Shown here piece after piece: positions 31,448 through 42,900 of a DNA stretch of 64,000 nt (within the stretch, counting starts at the first letter, position 1; each line of letters opens with the position of its first letter). Below the pieces are notes generated by a model, which was not told the DNA's origin, ran no database searches, and saw only the letters and a list, made by a program, of their open reading frames with translations. The translations under genes were made by a program, and so were the position numbers. Source of the DNA: a virus; the IMG/VR virus record IMGVR_UViG_3300009502_001749, positions 23,837 to 87,836 of that record. One strand, given 5' to 3'.

Positions 31448-31488
31448 AATTATCGGCAAGATCTTTAAATTAGATCTTGCCGATAATT
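31448..31488. repeat. Dispersed palindrome copy 3
   Basis: AATTATCGGCAAGATCT...AGATCTTGCCGATAATT. Confidence 0.9.
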
Positions 31489-31509
31489 ATTAGTAGGAGG
31501 CGAAAAAAG

Positions 31510-33759
31510 ATGTCAATTGAAAAAATTGTAAATAAAATTTTACCAACTGCAGTTGCAGCAGCAGCTTTAACTAAAACTGTTACTAATCTATCTGATATGA
31601 AATTTATTAATAATGAATTTTTACCCGGAATATCTGCGGTAACTGGTTTAAAATTAGGTCCTATTCCAAATTTAAGTGATTTAGCTAAAAATGCTATGGG
31701 TTCTGTATCAGATATGTTTGGTTCAGCTAAAGATGCAGTAGGAAATATGTTTGGATCATCCAAATCTGATATAATAAAAGAAGATGCAATACATACTTTA
31801 GATGAAAGTGTTGGTATGGCTGCTTCTCCAGAAAGTATATGTTGCAATACAATTCCAGTAGATGAAGCTGTAAAAACAACAGGTGATAGTTTTGGTGGTA
31901 ATTTTGCTGCTGCGGCAACAAAATCAACATTTTTAGATTCAAATCTTTTACCAGAATTACCTGATAATTTAAAGACAATAGAACCTCAATCTTTTGGTGA
32001 TCTTGGTAGTGATTATGATTCTGCTCCAGAAGGTTATAATCCTTCTTATGAAGGTGAATGGACAGAACCATCATTTGGTGAATTAGGTAGTGATTATGAT
32101 TCTCCTTCTTGGGATGAAAATGCTTATGAAGCTCCTCCAGAAGGTTATAATCCTTCTTATGAAGGTGAATGGTATGAAGATGATTTTAGTATGTTAGGTA
32201 GTGATTATGAAGCTCCTCCTCCAGATTTTAGCGAACTTGGAAGTGATTATGAAACACCTCCTTGGGATGCAGATGCTTATGAAGCTAGTCCTAATTGTAT
32301 AGGAAATAGTATAGATTCTGGTGAAGAATCAATAACAGACTTTGATTCTCCAAGTGGTGGCGGTTCAATGCCAACTGGTAGTAGTCTATATGTTATTGGT
32401 AAACCAGTAGGATTTAATGAATCTATAGATCCAGGTGGAAGACTTAGTAATTATATTAAATCAAAAATGAGTGTTATTGATCTTATTCCATGTGATTATA
32501 AATTAGATTTTACAAAAATGAAAGAACAAAGTATGGAAGGAGGTAATCCTGTTGGTGATGGACTTTACACAATAAAATATGATGAAAAAGTTAAAATATA
32601 TCAAAGGCTCCAGAGACATTATGGATTAGATTCTGGAGATTCTGCAAAATCTGGAGTAAGATTATATACAACGGACGATACAACTTCAGTTGATAATTTT
32701 AGCATTCAATATAAACCAAATATATTTCAAGGTCCAATTGATAAACTTGGTGATGCTACAAGATCATTAGCTGATTTTATGAATTCTGTGGATAGTACTT
32801 GGCAAGCAACTGCTAATAAAAAAGTTTCAGAAGGTATTGATTGGTTAAAAACGAAAATGGGAAATAATAATGCTACTAATGCAGCAGGAGCTTTTTTAGA
32901 AACTGCAATAACTTCTATTGTGAAAGGTAATAGAGTTTCATTTCCTAAAATTTGGCAGAATACATCTTATAATAATACACTATCAACTGTTATTAAATTA
33001 GTATCTCCATATGGTCATCCTAAAGCTGTTTATGAGTTTATAATTAAACCATTAACATATTTAATTTTATTAGCTTCTCCACAAACAATAGATGGTTTTA
33101 CATATGGTGGTTCGATACCATTAACAATAAAAGCATATGGTATGAATCATACAACTTTAGGAACAATTAGTAATATAACAGCTCGACGCGGTGGAAATGA
33201 CACAAGTTTTAATGTTTATCGGCAACCTTTATCTATTGATGTTAGTATAACTTTTGAAACATTATTTGACGGTTTTGCCGCTTACTTACCAAATGGAAGC
33301 GGACAAGGAATAGATGAAATGTTTTCAGCTAAAGATGGTACATTAACAGGTCAATCTGGTCCTGGAAATGAATTATATCAAAAGACACCAAGAACACCTT
33401 TAATGACTGTTGGAAAAGTGCTTGAATCATTAAAACCAATAAAAATTGTTGAAGGTAATTTTGATACATATGGTTCTATGAATAGACCTTCAAGAATAAA
33501 TGCTCCTGGTGCTGGTGGTTTAGGAGATCTTAATCGTTCTCTTGGAAATATTTCTTCTGGTGTATCAACAGCAACAAATACAGTTGGAGATTTTTTAGGA
33601 ATGTCTAATCTTTCAGAATTTACAACTGCAAAAAAATCAATCACAGGTGTTATAAATTCAGTAACAGGTTGGGTTGGAGAGAGAACAAAAGATGTATCTG
33701 TAGGAGATGCAGCAAAAGAAAAAATATTTGGAAATATGGGAATTAACTTAAAAATGTGA
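31510..33759 (+). CDS. Baseplate hub / tube-cap-like protein with an acidic repeat region (start revised to 31510)
   Basis: GGAGG RBS; C-terminal ISNITARRG...PLSIDVSITFE resembles a gp48/tube fold; follows the tape measure gene. Confidence 0.5.
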   Translation: MSIEKIVNKILPTAVAAAALTKTVTNLSDMKFINNEFLPGISAVTGLKLGPIPNLSDLAKNAMGSVSDMFGSAKDAVGNMFGSSKSDIIKEDAIHTLDESVGMAASPESICCNTIPVDEAVKTTGDSFGGNFAAAATKSTFLDSNLLPELPDNLKTIEPQSFGDLGSDYDSAPEGYNPSYEGEWTEPSFGELGSDYDSPSWDENAYEAPPEGYNPSYEGEWYEDDFSMLGSDYEAPPPDFSELGSDYETPPWDADAYEASPNCIGNSIDSGEESITDFDSPSGGGSMPTGSSLYVIGKPVGFNESIDPGGRLSNYIKSKMSVIDLIPCDYKLDFTKMKEQSMEGGNPVGDGLYTIKYDEKVKIYQRLQRHYGLDSGDSAKSGVRLYTTDDTTSVDNFSIQYKPNIFQGPIDKLGDATRSLADFMNSVDSTWQATANKKVSEGIDWLKTKMGNNNATNAAGAFLETAITSIVKGNRVSFPKIWQNTSYNNTLSTVIKLVSPYGHPKAVYEFIIKPLTYLILLASPQTIDGFTYGGSIPLTIKAYGMNHTTLGTISNITARRGGNDTSFNVYRQPLSIDVSITFETLFDGFAAYLPNGSGQGIDEMFSAKDGTLTGQSGPGNELYQKTPRTPLMTVGKVLESLKPIKIVEGNFDTYGSMNRPSRINAPGAGGLGDLNRSLGNISSGVSTATNTVGDFLGMSNLSEFTTAKKSITGVINSVTGWVGERTKDVSVGDAAKEKIFGNMGINLKM
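31993..32286 (+). repeat. Intragenic imperfect tandem repeats (F-x-x-LGSDY x4; PEGYNPSYEGEW x2)
   Basis: Exact DNA duplication of CTCCAGAAGGTTATAATCCTTCTTATGAAGGTGAATGG. Confidence 0.85.
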
Positions 33760-33769
33760 GGATAAAAAG

Positions 33770-35623
33770 ATGAGTGTTTTTGCTAATAATTTTTCAAGTT
33801 ATTTAAATTATACAGCTAATTATACAAATAGATTGACCAATTTAGAATCTATTTTTAAAGAAGCATATGAAACAGTTAAAGATCCAAATTTTATTTCAGT
33901 TGATTTTTTAGATAAAATTGGTCAGTTTCCGAAATTTCCATATTTTATGAGTATCATGTCAAAAACAAATTATTTAAAAATACCAAATATTTATAATGTT
34001 TCATTAGATAGACCTGAAAGTTTACTTACAACTATGTTAGAATCAAATATAACTTATTTGAAATCAGATTATGATACAGTTCCTAATGAGATTGAAAATA
34101 TTTTAAGACATGCAAATTTTCAATATACTTATCTAAGTACTGTTAATCAAATTTATGATGTGAATAAAACTTGTAAAACAACTAATACAGAAACATCTTA
34201 TCGTAATTTTTTTACAAATCTTTATTCACAGAAATATTTTAGTGTTGGTTATCCAGTTTCAGCTGGTTTTGAAAGTAGTTGTTCAATGAACGAACAAGCT
34301 TTAATATCATTATTTTCAAATAATTTATCAGCTTCATGTTCATTAACAACTAATTTATTAAAATATATTTTATATTTTAATGCTTTACAACCAGGTGATT
34401 TTGGATATTTTCTTGGGATTGAAGCTCAACAAATTAAAAGTGCAAATTTTCAACAAGCTTTTGATTATTTTATTATAAATAATAAAGTTGATATGAGTGG
34501 AAATATTATAGATTTAATTTCTAAATCACTTTATAATTATAATAATTTATCTACTAGTTTAAAAAGTGAACTTACAGTTGTTGTTGAACCTCTCATATTA
34601 GGTTTATCACAATACTTTACAGATTATTTAAATTCATTTTCAAATTTTGAACCTAATTTTGATATCACTTCAAATTTTATTGATTCTCTATATTATCTTT
34701 GTTCTGTTGATTTAACGTCTTTGTGTTTTAAAGATGCTACAATTATGGAACAGGCAAATTCAAATATTTTGGCTATTGAAGAAGATGCAAAATTTACATT
34801 ATATATGAATAAAATTGATTCCATGAATATTCAAGATTATCTCTTTCTTGTTTATCTTTATAAGTTCTGGCCGCTAAAATTTGTGAATGTTTTACAAATG
34901 GTTGTTAAAGAATATATTCAAAATATAATAAAAACAGTAGATATTGAAGATAATGCTTTTGATATTTCAGAATTTACAGAATTCATGGGAAGACTTTACG
35001 CCGATACATATACACCTTTTGATCCATTACATCCTTTTGTAAACTCTAAAATAAATTATACTGCTCTTGATACTTTTATTCAATCAATATTTACATTAAC
35101 TCCAGATAATTATCTTTGGAGAATGGAAAACACAAAAGAAGTTTCTAAATTTGCTTGTGAATTATATTATATTCAATTGATAGATAATTTTATGGCAAGT
35201 GAATATTATATTGATTTTACAAAAGATTTATTGAAAACTATTTTTGAATATTTACGTGATAATGGACATGTTAGTTATTTATTTAATTGGTATAATAACC
35301 ATGAAGTTGTTGATATCTTTATTAAAACATTTTTAAGATATCGAATTTTTAGTGAGGATAGTAAAGGACCAGGAACAAGATTATTTCATTCTATAACGGC
35401 AAATTTTAAAGCAATTTTTGATAGAGTTGTAACAAATACAACTGGCGAACCAGTATATGATATATCTATTACTTACAAAACACCACAACAATTAAATGAT
35501 CAATTTAAAAATTTAGTTGAAGGTGCAACAATTAATAGAATGTATCAATTTAATGAAAATTTATATTTATCAAGTTTGACATGTGAAAGTTTTTATGCAA
35601 TACTTGGAAAATTCTTTTCATAA
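33770..35623 (+). CDS. Hypothetical protein (617 aa), probably virion
   Basis: Long ORF co-oriented with tail genes. Confidence 0.65.
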   Translation: MSVFANNFSSYLNYTANYTNRLTNLESIFKEAYETVKDPNFISVDFLDKIGQFPKFPYFMSIMSKTNYLKIPNIYNVSLDRPESLLTTMLESNITYLKSDYDTVPNEIENILRHANFQYTYLSTVNQIYDVNKTCKTTNTETSYRNFFTNLYSQKYFSVGYPVSAGFESSCSMNEQALISLFSNNLSASCSLTTNLLKYILYFNALQPGDFGYFLGIEAQQIKSANFQQAFDYFIINNKVDMSGNIIDLISKSLYNYNNLSTSLKSELTVVVEPLILGLSQYFTDYLNSFSNFEPNFDITSNFIDSLYYLCSVDLTSLCFKDATIMEQANSNILAIEEDAKFTLYMNKIDSMNIQDYLFLVYLYKFWPLKFVNVLQMVVKEYIQNIIKTVDIEDNAFDISEFTEFMGRLYADTYTPFDPLHPFVNSKINYTALDTFIQSIFTLTPDNYLWRMENTKEVSKFACELYYIQLIDNFMASEYYIDFTKDLLKTIFEYLRDNGHVSYLFNWYNNHEVVDIFIKTFLRYRIFSEDSKGPGTRLFHSITANFKAIFDRVVTNTTGEPVYDISITYKTPQQLNDQFKNLVEGATINRMYQFNENLYLSSLTCESFYAILGKFFS

Positions 35624-35637
35624 AAATTCTATTTTTA

Positions 35638-35649
35638 TATAGAAATAAT
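35638..35649 (+). promoter_or_regulatory. Candidate phage promoter element TATAGAAATAAT
   Basis: Recurrent 12-mer upstream of 35668 and the helicase gene. Confidence 0.45.
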
Positions 35650-35667
35650 TATTTTAAAGAGGTGTAT

Positions 35668-35901
35668 ATGATTTCAATTACAAATTTATTTGAAGAAATT
35701 TCAGCAGTAGATGATAGAATGAATTATGCTAGTGAAAGAATTGCTACATTACAAAGAGCTTTTAAAGCTGGAAGAATATCTGCAAAAATTTATCAACAAC
35801 AATTAAAACAATTCCAACAAGTTAAACGTGGAGTTCCATCGAAAGAAATGCCTGAAAGTGAAATTAAAGCAGCAGGCACATATTTAAATACTCAACAATA
35901 G
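35668..35901 (+). CDS. Leader-tagged small protein
   Basis: RBS GAGGT; MISITNLFE. Confidence 0.6.
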   Translation: MISITNLFEEISAVDDRMNYASERIATLQRAFKAGRISAKIYQQQLKQFQQVKRGVPSKEMPESEIKAAGTYLNTQQ

Positions 35902-35915
35902 TAAAGAGGAGGCGT

Positions 35916-38777
35916 ATGGATTTTGCATCAAACAGTACAAAAAAAGTTGTATCAAATTCTTTATTAAAAGCTTTCATATCAAGATATGTTGCAGAAGATT
36001 TTTTTACAAATATTGCAAGAATAATTCTTTATCCATCTGATTTTGGTAATTTTATTTCAGATAGAACAAATTCTGTAATTGATTATATGCAAGAATTTTT
36101 AAAGAGTTTATCAATTTTTTCTGGTAAATTACAACTGCAAAATACTAAAGTTGTTAGAAGTCAAATTGCTATTTTAAGTTCTTTATTAACAATTAGAGAA
36201 ACAAGTCCAATTTTATTAACTTATGATAATGTGAATCAACATTTAATGCCAGGACAAGATTTAATTGTTACTAAACTTATTCAAAAATGTGTTGATGAAA
36301 GAATTACTGATCCTGATGAATTTAGAAAAATTACAGATGAAATTATCAGTACAATTTCTTCTTATTATGAAATGATGTCAGCTTCAGATAGTATTACTAT
36401 GGTTGGGAATCTTTATGATTTGATTAATGAAGGTAATCTTGTGCCGATGGAAACATTAAAAAGTTATAAAGATGTTATTAATGTTGCATATAACGATTTA
36501 TCTAAATTACAATCTTTAAGTAAAGCTGAAACAGCTGCAGATTATTTTGTTATTTCAGATGATAAGTCTTGTGATGCATTATCAAAAACATTAGTTAATT
36601 ATGTGTCAAAAGGTTTTTCAGTATTTAAAACTGGTTTTGATTTATTTGATAAATATATTAATGGAATTGAAAGTTCCAGCGTACATTTGATAGGGGCTCC
36701 GAGCAACCACGCTAAGAGTTTGTTTACGATTAATCTCTCATATAGAATGATAAAAAATAATCTTGCCGATTTCGATAAACAAGATTGTATATTATTTGTA
36801 ACATTAGAAGATTTAGTTAATAACTAACTTTGTCTCTTTTACTGGTGACAGTAATTGAAAAAATCCGGTGAATTCAGGGAACATCCTAGTAATAGGACAA
36901 TCCTGAGCCAAGCTTTAAATCTTGCCGCTAACAAGATTTATTGAAGGTGCAACGACTATCCCGAAAGGGAGTACACTCAAGCGAGTGGAAGCGCCGGACA
37001 TCTTGAGAAATTTAATATTATGGAGTTATTAAAATGTTTAATGAAATGAATTACCCAGAAAAATATATTATAAGATTTTGGGACAAAGTAAATGTTCCAA
37101 AAGATTGGGCTGAAAAAGATCAATGTTGGAAATGGAATGGACTTTTATTTATAAAAACTAATTATGGAAGTTTTTCTTTTAATGGTAAAAATCTTAAAGC
37201 TCACAGATTCTCATATGAAATTCATTATGGTCCAATTCCTGAAGGATTAGATGTTATGCACAAATGTGATAATCGAAAATGTGTAAATCCAAATCATTTA
37301 AAAGTTGGTTCCAGAAAAGAAAATATGGAAGATTGTGTTGAAAAAGGAAGATCAAAATTTGGTTCTAAAAATAATATGTCTAAGTTAACAGAAAATAATA
37401 TTATAGATATTATTAATAAAAGTTTAAATGGAACATATACAAATAGAAATCAAGTTATTAATGATTATAAAATATCATTATCAGAACTTTCAAATATTCT
37501 TTGTGGAAAAAGATGGACACATATAACTTCTAATTTTACACAACAAGAAATTGAAAAAGTAAAATATTTATTAGGATGTAGGTTATCAATAGAAGATATT
37601 GCTGATATAAAAATGAGATTAGATAAAGGTGAATCACAAAGTTCAATAGCTAGAAGTTATAATATATCTCAACCGGTAATATCAAATATGATAAAATTTA
37701 TAAAACTCAAGATGATGAGATAGTCTAATCTTATAGGTAACTATAAGCAGTCTAATAAGACGGGTAGGGAGTAGCGATCTCTATTGAATAAAAATGGATA
37801 TTTACAAATTAATTCGTAGGTTCGCGTCAATATATGGAAATTATAAATTTGAATCTTTAAAAAGATTATTTTCAAAATCATATGAAATGACAAGAGCAAC
37901 ACAAATAATGGACATGTCAACTGAAGCAAGTTCAAGATTGTATAATAATTTAGACGGGATGTTTAAAAATGTTTTAAAAACAAGTATTGCTAAAGTAACA
38001 CAAGGTAAAGTTAATATAGCAATTAAACATTGTTCAGAGAATTCGTTTTCTCCTGGTGATTTAGGAAGATTTATAGATCGTTTGAATATTGAAGGTTATA
38101 AGATTAAGATGGTCTTTGTAGATTACTTAGATGTTATGTCTGCGACAATTAACAGATTTGGTGGAGCAGGGAAAGAATATGATATACTCGGTCAGATCAC
38201 ACAAGAACTTCGTAACTTAGCTCGTATACATAAAGTACCAATAATAAGTCCTACACAGAATAGAAGAGAGTCAGAGAATGTAAGCACAAAACTAAGTAAT
38301 GAACAAACTGGTGATTCATATAAAAAAATCAGATATTCGGATTTTATATATTCATGTAGATTAAGACCAGATTTAGATTTTCTATCTGAAGGAGTTAGAC
38401 ATCATGTGATTCCAACAAAAGTAAGTCCAGATGGAACAATTGCAGATTTTATTTCTCCAGAACTTATAAAACTTAAAGAAAGCTTATTTAGAGTATTAGT
38501 ACCTTTTGAAGTTAAAATTACAAAGTCAAAAGATTCAGAAAAAGATTCAACAAAATTTTTCTTATTTTGTAAAGAAAATTTGAGAATGTATAATAATGTA
38601 GATGAATATATTAAAGATGCTCCTGTTCTTGTTGCTAATAGTGAAAAGTTAGAGAAAGATATTGCTATATTAACTGAATTAGCTATTACAAGTGTTTCAA
38701 GTGGAATTAATGAATTTTTTGATAATGATCAGAGTGATATTGAATTTGGTGATATTCCAAATGTTGTTTTTGGATAA
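35916..38777 (+). CDS. DnaB/gp41-like replicative helicase, spliced join(35916..36812,37797..38777), 625 aa
   Basis: KTGFDLFD; atypical Walker A GAPSNHAKS; FVTLE; VFVDYLDVM; ELRNLA; SPTQNRR; GDSYKK; ITKSKD. Confidence 0.85.
36813..37796 (+). mobile_element. Group I intron with HNH gene, in the helicase gene
   Basis: P/Q/R/S nearly identical to the terL intron; P1 AGAT/GTCT; terminal G; splice gives TLED-DIYKL in frame. Confidence 0.92.
37034..37723 (+). CDS. Intron-encoded HNH homing endonuclease
   Basis: CWKW...KAHRFSYE...HKCDNRKCVNPNHL; paralog of the 24656 ORF. Confidence 0.9.
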   Translation: MFNEMNYPEKYIIRFWDKVNVPKDWAEKDQCWKWNGLLFIKTNYGSFSFNGKNLKAHRFSYEIHYGPIPEGLDVMHKCDNRKCVNPNHLKVGSRKENMEDCVEKGRSKFGSKNNMSKLTENNIIDIINKSLNGTYTNRNQVINDYKISLSELSNILCGKRWTHITSNFTQQEIEKVKYLLGCRLSIEDIADIKMRLDKGESQSSIARSYNISQPVISNMIKFIKLKMMR

Positions 38778-38822
38778 TGGAGATTAATATGAAAAAAGAT
38801 CCAACAGAAGATTAATATTTTA

Positions 38823-38855
38823 ATCGGCAAGATTTAGAAATAAGATCTTGCCGAT
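38823..38855. repeat. Dispersed palindrome copy 4
   Basis: ATCGGCAAGAT...ATCTTGCCGAT. Confidence 0.88.
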
Positions 38856-38885
38856 ATTTTAAACTAATAGGGGGAAACTGATAAA

Positions 38886-39125
38886 ATGGATTTAGTGGAT
38901 AATCCAACTAATTGTAATCAACTTGAAAGTAATTCTGCTCAAAATTTTAGAAATTTTTATTGTTGTGAATATGATAATTGCCTCGATAAAGCTATTGAAA
39001 ATAATTGGAGAAGTTTTAGTTGTCAAGATTGTTGGAAATTTTCTTATAAAGAATCTATGAAAAAATTATATTTATTATCATCATTTTTATTATTAATTAA
39101 AAATAGATATGGATTAATAGTTTAA
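38886..39125 (+). CDS. Small Cys-rich protein
   Basis: CCEYDNC...CQDC; purine-rich RBS. Confidence 0.5.
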   Translation: MDLVDNPTNCNQLESNSAQNFRNFYCCEYDNCLDKAIENNWRSFSCQDCWKFSYKESMKKLYLLSSFLLLIKNRYGLIV

Positions 39126-39284
39126 TTTTTAAAAAGTTGAAACCCTTTTAACAAATACATGAAAATAGTCTACATATAATGAAAAATGTAATGGGGTAAC
39201 TATATTAATAACCGGAAAAGTATTAACAAAATGTTGTGAATCAATAGTGATTCAACAAAAAATTAATTTAATGGAGGTTTTTAC

Positions 39285-39533
39285 ATGTTAAGAGAGTTTA
39301 TACAGTTGGTAGACGAAGCAGTCGATGAGGGTTATGATCGCGGACTTAATCTTTTTATGGAAAGTCTTGAAGAGGATCTTACTAAGAATGAAGTCATTGC
39401 TGAAAGTGGTGGTTTTGACAAGGTAATTTCTGAGATGATGACTGCAGATGGTATCGAACTTCTGAATGAGGAAGAAATTAGTGAAGATCAGATCGATGCC
39501 CTTTTAAAAGAATTAGAGAAAGAGGAGAAATAA
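39285..39533 (+). CDS. Small acidic protein, prohead core/scaffold candidate
   Basis: RBS GGAGG; E-rich with LVDE, IAE and LNE protease-type sites; upstream of portal. Confidence 0.55.
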   Translation: MLREFIQLVDEAVDEGYDRGLNLFMESLEEDLTKNEVIAESGGFDKVISEMMTADGIELLNEEEISEDQIDALLKELEKEEK

Positions 39534-39914
39534 TTGTATAATATTTTTGCAATATGCTTATCATTAATTGAAATAGGAGTTTTGTTATTAATTTTATTAA
39601 AATTTGATAAAGAAAGAATTCATGAAGATGAATTTGTAATTTCTAACACAGTTTTAAATAATGTTATGAATAATTATTATGAATCAATTCTTGTTTTTAA
39701 AATTGAAGAATTGAAGAAAAATTATGACTTAGATCCGAGTTCAAAAACGAATTCAATTAAGCCATTTACAGAAAATTATAATATAATGCTTAAAGATTGT
39801 TCTAAAGAAATTATAACTTCTTATTTATCAAAAAATTGTTTAAGTGTATTGTTGAAATATTATAGCGTTGAGAGTCTTGTTTTAATTATAATATCAAATT
39901 TGAAGAAAAGGTAA
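39534..39914 (+). CDS. Hypothetical protein with an N-terminal TM segment
   Basis: TTG start after AGGAG; hydrophobic N-terminus. Confidence 0.55.
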   Translation: MYNIFAICLSLIEIGVLLLILLKFDKERIHEDEFVISNTVLNNVMNNYYESILVFKIEELKKNYDLDPSSKTNSIKPFTENYNIMLKDCSKEIITSYLSKNCLSVLLKYYSVESLVLIIISNLKKR

Positions 39915-39917
39915 TTT

Positions 39918-42900
39918 ATGTCATTATTTGGCCAGTTTTTTAAAGATGATTCACTTGAAAATTTTGATGCTAGAATAGATTCACTTGTTAGTCAATTTCC
40001 TTCTACTGAAAAAGGAGAACCAGTTGATTTGTTATCTGGAGATTTTATTTCATCGTTTATGGAACATTCATCTAAAGATGAACTTGAAAAAGTACTTGCA
40101 GGAATATCTGTTTCTAGAGATAGACTTGAAAGATATGCTGTTTATGATGAAGCATATAAATATGTACCAATTCTGAAACGTATGATGAAAGTTTATGTTG
40201 CTAATATTTTACAAAAGAATCCAGTAACAGGTAAAAGCGTTCTCATTCAAGAGTCTGGAGATTTAACAAAAGAAAAGCGTCAGAATAAAGAAATTTTAGA
40301 ATCGGCGAAAGATTTTGCCGATAAATGTATTAAATCATTCGATTTATTAGCTAGATTAAAAAACAAAATTTTACCAAATGAACTAACCTATGGTGACTGT
40401 TATCTTGAAGTTGTTGATGTGAATCAAGAAATTAAAAAATCTGATCCGGAAGGTGCTGCAGCAGTTCAAATGACTACGTTGTTTGAAGGTGATTTAATAA
40501 ATATGACTGCTGAAGTTGATCAAATGAAAAATCGAGCAAATGGTCATTTGCCGATAGGACAAATTGATCAATTATTATATAAGACCGCTGAATATTTGGC
40601 TGATATTGAAGTTGCTTCTATTACAGAGTATGATCCTAATGAAAAGGATGATGAAGATAAAAAGAAACAAAGTAATGGATCAACAAATTATGCTGATAAT
40701 TCATCAACAAAAACTAGTGATAAAGAAAACAAAAAAGAAGTTCAAGATTTTAATGATATTGTTATTAAAATTCATAAACCTCACAATATTATAGTTTTAC
40801 AAACAAACTATGGATCAACTATAGGATATCTTGAAGTTGCAAAAGATGAATTTCCTCAAGTATTTAATTTAACTCAATCTCTTTCAACTTTAGTAGGACG
40901 TATAACATCACTAGTAGGAAAAGATCAATTAAGTCAAGATAATGTAACTGATAGGATTGTTCGATTTATTGTAAAACAAGCATTAGATAAAGCTGATAAG
41001 TCTAAAGCTTTTGATATGAGTCAGCAGAATGTACAGAATATTAATGACATTCTGAAAAATTTAGACCCACAAGTTTACACTTACATTAAAAGATTAATTA
41101 TCGAACAAGGATTAAATCAGACACAGTCACAATATCTTAACAAGTTAAAGATCAGATTTATTTCTTCAAGCCGTATGATTTCATTTACAGTTCCATCGAA
41201 TGAGTATGATCCGTATGGAATTTCGTTTATTGATAATTTAGTATTTCAGTGTAAGTTGTATATTCTTTCACAGTTGTCTAATGTGATTATGAAGTTGAGT
41301 AGAGCTGCGCCAGTAAGAAAATGGACGATAGATACGGGCAGCACTCAAATGCACGCTAACTTGATTCAGAAGTTGAAACGTGAGCTTTACAATACAAGAG
41401 TAACATTAGATGATTTAGGTAGTTTTAAGAGTATTCCCAAGCTGTTAAGTGACTTCAAGGATAAATTTTTGTCCCCTATATCAGTAATGATATTTGAAAA
41501 ATTCGGTGAATTCGGTGGAACTCCTAGTAATAGGACAATACCGAGCCAAGCTTTAAATCTTGCTGCTAACAAGATTTATTGAAGGTGTAACGACTATCCC
41601 GAAAGGGAGTACGTCCAAGCGGACGGAAGTGCCGAATATCCTGTAATAGTAAAATAAAAAGTATGGAGGACAGCGCCGGCCAGCGTTGATAGATACCGAT
41701 TTATCTATCTTACTCCTTTTAAACAATTAACCTAATCGGAGGATTACAAATGAATAAAGAAAAAATTGAAAAAGCAAAACAAATTATAAAAAATTTTAAA
41801 AATGAGGAAGAACATTCAAATTTTATTTTTAAAATGTGTATTGAATGGAAATTATCTATTGAAGAAATTTCAGAATGTTATAATAATTATACTCCAGATC
41901 TCATTAAACAATTTTTGATTGAAGTGTATAAAGTTGAGTTTAAAAAGTGTAAAAAATGTTGTGAAACTAGATCAATAACATCTTTTACAAAACAATTTAA
42001 AGATAGTAATATAACTCGATCTTATTGTAAAGTTTGTAATAATCTTGAAAAAGCAAAATATAGAAAAATTCCAGAAGTGAGACAAAAAATATTGAATATG
42101 CTAAAGAATATAATCAAATGTATAATATTAATAATAGAGAACAAATTAAACAAACACATCATGAATATTATGAAACAAATAAAGATATTATATCTCAAAA
42201 ACAGAAAGAATATTATGAATTACATTCAGATGATGTTAAACAAAGATCAAAAGATTATTATTATGATAATCAAGAAAAATTTATACAACTTAGTATAGAT
42301 TATAAAAAACAACATCCAGAATGTGCTGAATACAGTAAAGAATATAATAAAATACATCATGATGAATTATTAGAATATAAAAATGAATATAATAGAAATA
42401 AATATAAAACAAATTCAAAACATAGATTAAGAGTTTGTTTTGGTTCAAATTTATATAATTCAATTAAGAATTTAAAAAGTGGTAGAAAATGGGAAGAAAT
42501 TGTTGGATATACTCTTGAACAACTTATGGAACATCTTGAGTCTAAATTTGATGATAAAATGACTTGGGATAATTATGGAAGTTATTGGCATGTTGATCAT
42601 ATTGTTGGAGTTGCAAATTTTAATTACACATCTTATGAAGATGAAGCTTTTAAAAAATGTTGGTCGTTAGAAAATTTACAACCTTTATATGGAGTTGATA
42701 ATCTTAAAAAAGGTGACACAATTAGTGAAAAATGGAATAATACTGAGTTAGCAGCTCAATTACTTATGTAACATAAAATTACAGGATAATGATATAGTCT
42801 AGTCTGTATAGTAATATACAGTTGTCTTTAAAAAGACAGGTTAGAAGTTGCGATTCTAGCTGAATATAAACGATGTTCGTGCTCGCGAAGGGCGGAAATA

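Noticed and set aside
39125-39285. Intergenic gap as a tRNA, ncRNA or origin
   Set aside because: No cloverleaf or iterons seen, only a weak hairpin; probably the promoter region of the head operon.
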